From the IMG/VR virus record IMGVR_UViG_3300048592_001370: a stretch of DNA of 20,000 bases. One strand, given 5' to 3'. Positions 15,819 through 20,000 of the stretch are shown one piece after another. A program made the position numbers and the translations under genes. A model generated the notes under the pieces. That model was not told the origin of the DNA. It was given only the letters and a program-made list of their open reading frames with translations, and did not search any database. Numbering within the stretch: the first letter of the stretch is position 1; each line of letters begins with the position of its first letter. The stretch comes from an uncultured virus (IMG/VR IMGVR_UViG_3300048592_001370). Lineage: Duplodnaviria > Heunggongvirae > Uroviricota > Caudoviricetes.

Positions 15819-16419
15819 TGGTGGGCCTTGTTGGATTCGAACCAACGACCAAGGAATTCGTACCACTATAGTTTTCACTACCTAGAGGCGTAGCCAGCCA
15901 GTAGTTTCCTACGTGCCTCGTGTCTGTCTAGTTTGTGGTCTGGGCTATGCCTTTACCTTGGGTGAATCGTTGCCTTGACTTGAAAGTACAAGCAACAGTT
16001 TATAGTCATCCACCTTTAGGTATCTGCCGTCTAGTCTCTACACCTTCCTAACCGATAAGCAGAACTCAACTTACACTGAACCGGATTTACGGCATAGTTA
16101 GGCTTGGCTCGGTCGTTAGCATATTTAATGGTTAGGATTTATGATTGCCGGTTTTAAACTTCAACTGGTATATCACCTAGCCAAACAGCCTTCGCCGACT
16201 TTGACAGAATTCACCACAATCTACGGTTGCCAAATTACATGGCAACGGCTAGGCCCTGTCGAGATTGTTTTACCGCCTTTCGGTTGTGCCGTTACGCCGG
16301 CCTACTTAGGTTCGCCTTTCGGTATCCACCTGTTCGGTTTCCGACTACCAGCACATTTTTCGGTGGTGCACAACTTGCGTTAATGAGTTCCCTGCTCTAA
16401 CCAACTGAGCTAAAGGCCC
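15819..16419 (-). tRNA. tRNA with CAU anticodon (probably tRNA-Ile2), exons 16419..16383 and 15858..15819, interrupted by a group I intron
   Basis: Joined exons give GGGCCTTTAGCTCAGTTGGTTAGAGCA-GGGAA-CT-CAT|AA-TTCCT-TGGTCGTTGGTTCGAATCCAACAAGGCCCACCA (77 nt). Confidence 0.93.
15859..16382 (-). ncRNA. Group I self-splicing intron (IC3, Azoarcus tRNA-Ile-like), 524 nt, no homing endonuclease ORF
   Basis: 5' splice site follows U (CAU|), IGS GUG, terminal G at 15859. Core motifs: GUCAAAGUCGGCGAA, CCGAGCCAAGC, GAAGGUGUAGAGACUAGACGGCAGA, AAGGCAUAGCCCAG. Confidence 0.93.
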
Positions 16420-16423
16420 GTGT

Positions 16424-16996
16424 TCATTTCTTCACTATACTGCGGATTTCCTCAAACAATCTTTGATGCTTCTCGGACAAATGCCAAGTCGACATATCCG
16501 TATCGGGAGCGCCTTCCAGCAATCTCTGGATGTCGGCCTTGTCTTGCAACGCCCGCTTGGGATTGTCTGCTCCATACAATTTTAACGCGATCAATCCTTC
16601 ACGCGATGCAATCCGCAGACCCAACGGAGCAACCCAGGCGGTGCGAAAGACCTGCTCCACACAAGTTTGCGGAATATGAACGGAGACAGGTGTTACCGTT
16701 TCTACCTCTACCTGCGTTTCGTTTTCCTCGAAGGCTCCGCGTCTTTTCTGTTTGAAACCCGGTACCTCCTTCGGAATGTCCGCGTTCGACAAGAACAACA
16801 GATCGACGTCCTGAGTGGCTCGCGGGGGCGCATAGAATGACATTGCAAGACCACCGATCAAAACACCCGGCACCTTGTTATGCACTTTGTTCTGAACCCA
16901 GCGAACCAAGGCTAATCCAACTTCAGGGATCAGCGCCGCGTCTTCAATACTGGAAACAGCGGCTCGCGCAAAGCGCATATTCCGGAGAACTTTCAT
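16424..16996 (-). CDS. Pol-beta superfamily nucleotidyltransferase (AbiEii/DUF6036-like)
   Basis: LIGGLAM..Y..PRATQDVDLL (GG..RxTxDxD) and LIALKL...R..QDKADI motifs. Start trimmed to ATG 16996 (AAGGA RBS). Confidence 0.85.
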   Translation of the reverse strand: MKVLRNMRFARAAVSSIEDAALIPEVGLALVRWVQNKVHNKVPGVLIGGLAMSFYAPPRATQDVDLLFLSNADIPKEVPGFKQKRRGAFEENETQVEVETVTPVSVHIPQTCVEQVFRTAWVAPLGLRIASREGLIALKLYGADNPKRALQDKADIQRLLEGAPDTDMSTWHLSEKHQRLFEEIRSIVKK

Positions 16997-16998
16997 GG

Positions 16999-17097
16999 TC
17001 ATTCCTTCTTCGGCTTCGGATGCCACAGAGCATTCGGATGATTGCGGCACCAGACAGTGCCATCCGGCCAAACAACTTCCTCGTAATACTCGGACAT
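16999..17097 (-). CDS. Unannotated 32-aa microprotein MSEYYEEVVWPDGTVWCRNHPNALWHPKPKKE
   Basis: GGAGG RBS 4 nt upstream of the ATG; stop lies 2 nt before the nucleotidyltransferase ATG; below the ORF-track length cutoff. Confidence 0.6.
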   Translation of the reverse strand: MSEYYEEVVWPDGTVWCRNHPNALWHPKPKKE

Positions 17098-17101
17098 ATG
17101 T

Positions 17102-17578
17102 CCTCCGTGTTAAGTAGCGGATGCCGGGCTGAGATCGGTATGCCCGGTACCCTTCCGTCCGATCTACGGAGGTTCTTCTCAAAGTTCTGACCGGTGGAGA
17201 ACCACTTCAACGAGGCCAGCTTGGACTCTTCTCGCGACCCAAGTTACGTCCTGCTGCAACAGACAGCTTTCAGTAATGCGCTTCTACGGACTGGGTGTCT
17301 AATCCAACCCTCCACACAAAACGTCTGTTCCATCGCAACATCTACCGGAATCAAAGCTTCACGTTGAACGAGGCAGCTCCGCGCAACGTATATGTCCGAC
17401 GTTATCTGACACGCCCGACATGGGACAGTACCGAACCAACCGGAGCCAATTCGGCCTTGCCTGCCCACTCGGTTTCGTCTCCTCTAGACTACGATGTACC
17501 CTCGTCTCAACCTACCCAGGGGTTAGCCAGATAGTCTACCACGTGGCCTTGCCGTATCAAGGGCGCTAGAGGCACCCT
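17102..17578 (-). ncRNA. Candidate ~470-nt structured ncRNA with a 3' pseudoknot
   Basis: No convincing CDS. Multiple helices, including H-type pseudoknot AGAUCGG/CCGAUCU + CCGGGC/GCCCGG enclosed by CCUCCGU/ACGGAGG. Confidence 0.55.
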
Positions 17579-17803
17579 TCACTCCTGCGAGTTTTTTCGG
17601 TTCGCGTTCCAAAACATTGCAAAGATCAGATATATGGCCGTTGTGAGAAACACGAACAGTATTGTCCGATCCAGGGCATACATCAGAGCCGCGTACTCTT
17701 CCTTGACGCCTATCATTCCGATCATGCGAGGCAAGCCACCTACACCGCACCACGCAAGAGATAGCAGGAACACTGTCCAGAAGGGTTCGTATCTTAGTTT
17801 CAT
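17579..17803 (-). CDS. Small membrane protein (2 TM)
   Basis: ATGA overlap with the deaminase stop, GGAGGAG RBS, two hydrophobic segments. Confidence 0.7.
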   Translation of the reverse strand: MKLRYEPFWTVFLLSLAWCGVGGLPRMIGMIGVKEEYAALMYALDRTILFVFLTTAIYLIFAMFWNANRKNSQE

Positions 17804-18285
17804 GTTTCTCCTCCGCAGCAATCTTTGCTGGGAGGCAAGTCCTCCAACATGATGATCTGGACACCGGCCTCAGCCAGCATTTCCTTCGAACGCTTGTGGT
17901 TCTCAGCCCACCTGCTGGCCGGGTTCGGAGGCGGAGTAACCACACAGACCATGCCGGTCTGAATAATCGCCCTTGCACAGTCCGTGCAGGGGAAGCGACT
18001 AACCACGATCTTGCAGCCGCGTAAAACTTGGCGAGCTGCCGAGTAGATTGCGTTTCTTTCGGCGTGCTCAAACCAGTAATCCTTCTCGGGCTTTACCCAG
18101 CGCTCCGGCCGTTCATCACTCACGTTTCGCGGGATGCCATTATACCCCGCGAAGAGGAATTCGTTGTCGTGCCCGAGAATTTGCGCCCCTACCTCGTTCG
18201 TCTCGTCCTTGGACAGCGTGTTACCTATAGCAACGGCGATCTCCAGAAACTGACGCGCCTTTTTGCCGCTGATCGGAATACTCAT
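17800..18285 (-). CDS. dCMP deaminase
   Basis: SKD..VGA..GYNG.P..HAERNAI..PCTDCARAIIQTG zinc-deaminase motifs. Confidence 0.92.
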   Translation of the reverse strand: MSIPISGKKARQFLEIAVAIGNTLSKDETNEVGAQILGHDNEFLFAGYNGIPRNVSDERPERWVKPEKDYWFEHAERNAIYSAARQVLRGCKIVVSRFPCTDCARAIIQTGMVCVVTPPPNPASRWAENHKRSKEMLAEAGVQIIMLEDLPPSKDCCGGET

Positions 18286-18764
18286 TCGCCACCTCCCGAG
18301 CTAGACGAGCTACTGTCGCTGCTAGAACTCGACGAGCAATCAGACGAGTCCCAGGAACCGGAGGCACCTCCACCTCCAAACTCGCCACCACGTTCTACCC
18401 GCTCGGGTTCCTCAACCGAGGAACCGCTATGACCGATAGACTCAGCTAACAAAGCGAGGGCTGCCAAGTCGGAGGCCGTAAGTCCGCCATCCTCCTCCAC
18501 GCTCGATACGGAGCGGCCTTCCTTGATAATGCGCGCCGGAGGCGGTGGCGGAGGCGGTGGGGCGGGTCTATGAATTCCCGTGCCTGGACGAATCCGAGGA
18601 ACACGTGGAGGCGACGAGAGGAAGAGCTGTCGCCGCAACCAGTCCTCATGTTCCTTTCTGCGCTTGCGTTCCTTCAACTTGAGGAACAGATAACCCAGGA
18701 TGGCGGCAGAACATCCGGTTACGAGCACCAATAAGAAAATGACAACAGCCGTATCACCCCACAT
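18282..18764 (-). CDS. Single-TM protein with poly-Pro and Gly/Ser-rich tail
   Basis: N-terminal TM, PPPPPPPP, GGEFGGGGASGSW (resembles TPM/YgcG-family tails); GGAGG RBS. Confidence 0.75.
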   Translation of the reverse strand: MWGDTAVVIFLLVLVTGCSAAILGYLFLKLKERKRRKEHEDWLRRQLFLSSPPRVPRIRPGTGIHRPAPPPPPPPPARIIKEGRSVSSVEEDGGLTASDLAALALLAESIGHSGSSVEEPERVERGGEFGGGGASGSWDSSDCSSSSSSDSSSSSSGGGE

Positions 18765-18888
18765 GCTGTAGTCCTCCGTAACTGACGGCCGCTTTCACAA
18801 GCAGCCACAGCAACAGATTGAATGATGCAAGTCCCAACAGGACCAGCGCGAACGATTTCCAGGAATAAGGGTCGTCCGGTTTGCTCAT
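18754..18888 (-). CDS. Unannotated 44-aa single-TM protein MSKPDDPYSWKSFALVLLGLASFNLLLWLLVKAAVSYGGLQHVG
   Basis: ATGA overlap with the radical SAM stop, GGAG RBS; fills the gap exactly. Confidence 0.65.
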   Translation of the reverse strand: MSKPDDPYSWKSFALVLLGLASFNLLLWLLVKAAVSYGGLQHVG

Positions 18889-20000
18889 GGCATTATCTCC
18901 ACGTAATCGTAGACGGCAGCGTTCTTCAAGTGCTCCTGATCTGCCGGAGTCAATTCCTTGAAGTATGAGGCCAAATCGTGTTTGTCGATTTCTTGGCCCA
19001 GGAACCGAGTCAATTCACAGACCGGCTCGGTAATTCCGATTCGGTGATTAATGTCGCCTAGCGTGTAAGCGACATGCAGGTTCTTGATGCACGTATGACG
19101 ACACCACTTGTAGGCTTCACAAGTCCAGCAAGGGAACTTGTCCGTAGCTTGCAGCGGGCTGTCGCGTAGCTCCTTCTTCGCAATGTTGCCCATGTACATC
19201 TCAGACATGTGCGTCATGTCCGGGCACGCATAGATGTCACCATTCGGCAGCACGTTGTACAGATGCGTGCTGGCGCGGCATTGCGTCTTTCCGCCACAGA
19301 CTTCTACTGCCTTGTGAGGGAACAACTTGTTGCGAACGATTCCCATTATGGGAATCATGCAGTAGACCGAGTGGTAGGTGAAAAACTTTTCCACCAATCG
19401 CCGCAATTCAAACTTGCGCTTTTGTAGGGAGCCTAGTCCATAGGCTCCAATCTTGTGAGCGAACTGGAAGTAGACGTAGTCGAACGTCTTCAACATTTCA
19501 TCCAGTTCCTCCATCGAGGTATCCGGGGAAGACCAAGTTACGCGTCCAATCGTAGACGCGGTGAAGCGATCTCGGTCCGACAACTCTTTGACGTGCGCCA
19601 ATACTTTACTATACACGCCGGCGCCGCGCGCCTCGTCTGTGTGTTTCTCGGAACCGTCGAGCGAGACCAGGATGTTGGACATCCGACAGATGATGTCGTT
19701 GTCCGTCTTTGCAAGCAACGTTCCATTGGTCTGCAGCTGAAACTTTGCGAAAGGAAAGGCCTCGATGACTTCAAATATGAAGTCCCTGTTCAGCAACGGC
19801 TCCCCGCCGTAGAACGTAAAGAGCAATTCGCGGTCTCCCAGACAGGTCGCAACGAATTCCTTCAATTGCTGAATCGAGTACGTTGGCTTGCCTTGCGAGT
19901 TGAGCTGGCTGCCCTCGCGGAGGGAGCAGTAGCTGCAAGACAGATTGCATTGAAGCGTAGTGAACAGTTGGAGTTCAGCGCGGTTACGGTAGAGTTCCAT
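18885..20000 (-). CDS. Radical SAM/SPASM domain protein (resembles TIGR04084/AF0577 family)
   Basis: CNLSCSYC, YGGEPLL, QTNG, SLDG, C-terminal C..ACP..CxxC..C..C cluster and terminal EIMP. Confidence 0.88.
   Translation of the reverse strand: MELYRNRAELQLFTTLQCNLSCSYCSLREGSQLNSQGKPTYSIQQLKEFVATCLGDRELLFTFYGGEPLLNRDFIFEVIEAFPFAKFQLQTNGTLLAKTDNDIICRMSNILVSLDGSEKHTDEARGAGVYSKVLAHVKELSDRDRFTASTIGRVTWSSPDTSMEELDEMLKTFDYVYFQFAHKIGAYGLGSLQKRKFELRRLVEKFFTYHSVYCMIPIMGIVRNKLFPHKAVEVCGGKTQCRASTHLYNVLPNGDIYACPDMTHMSEMYMGNIAKKELRDSPLQATDKFPCWTCEAYKWCRHTCIKNLHVAYTLGDINHRIGITEPVCELTRFLGQEIDKHDLASYFKELTPADQEHLKNAAVYDYVEIMP

Noticed and set aside
16141..16383. 80-aa ORF within the intron as a homing endonuclease
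   Set aside because: Antisense to the intron; no LAGLIDADG, HNH, GIY-YIG or PD-(D/E)xK motif.
15819..16419. Initiator tRNA-fMet assignment
   Set aside because: G1-C72 is paired and the three consecutive G-C pairs adjacent to the anticodon loop are absent. Elongator Met cannot be strictly excluded, but Ile2 fits better.
16997..17182. Track N-terminal extension of the nucleotidyltransferase and ORFs 16944..17210 and 17244..17468
   Set aside because: Non-ATG starts, low-quality sequence, and overlap with the strongly SD-led 32-aa ORF and the helix-rich region.

Overview
This window looks like part of a large (jumbo-type) bacteriophage genome. All supported genes lie on the minus strand, tightly packed and mostly small hypotheticals. 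Recognisable proteins are a TctA-like permease, SAM methyltransferase, HD hydrolase, MazG-like pyrophosphatase, AAA+ ATPase, YegP/DUF1508, PcfJ-like protein, XRE HTH, AbiEii/DUF6036-like nucleotidyltransferase, dCMP deaminase and a radical SAM/SPASM enzyme. The RNA content is the most striking part: tRNA-Thr(UGU), tRNA-Pro(UGG) abutting a circularly permuted (two-piece) tmRNA, and tRNA-Ile2(CAU) split by a 524-nt Azoarcus-like group IC3 intron with enlarged peripheral domains. Two long, helix-rich intergenic segments (~11478-11840 and ~17102-17578) look like unannotated structured ncRNAs. The second can sequester the RBS and AUG of an unannotated 32-aa ORF that sits 2 nt upstream of the nucleotidyltransferase, itself immediately upstream of the intron-containing tRNA. 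Several features point to a Rhodocyclales-like betaproteobacterial host (inference). All family assignments come from motif recognition by eye; no database searches were run.
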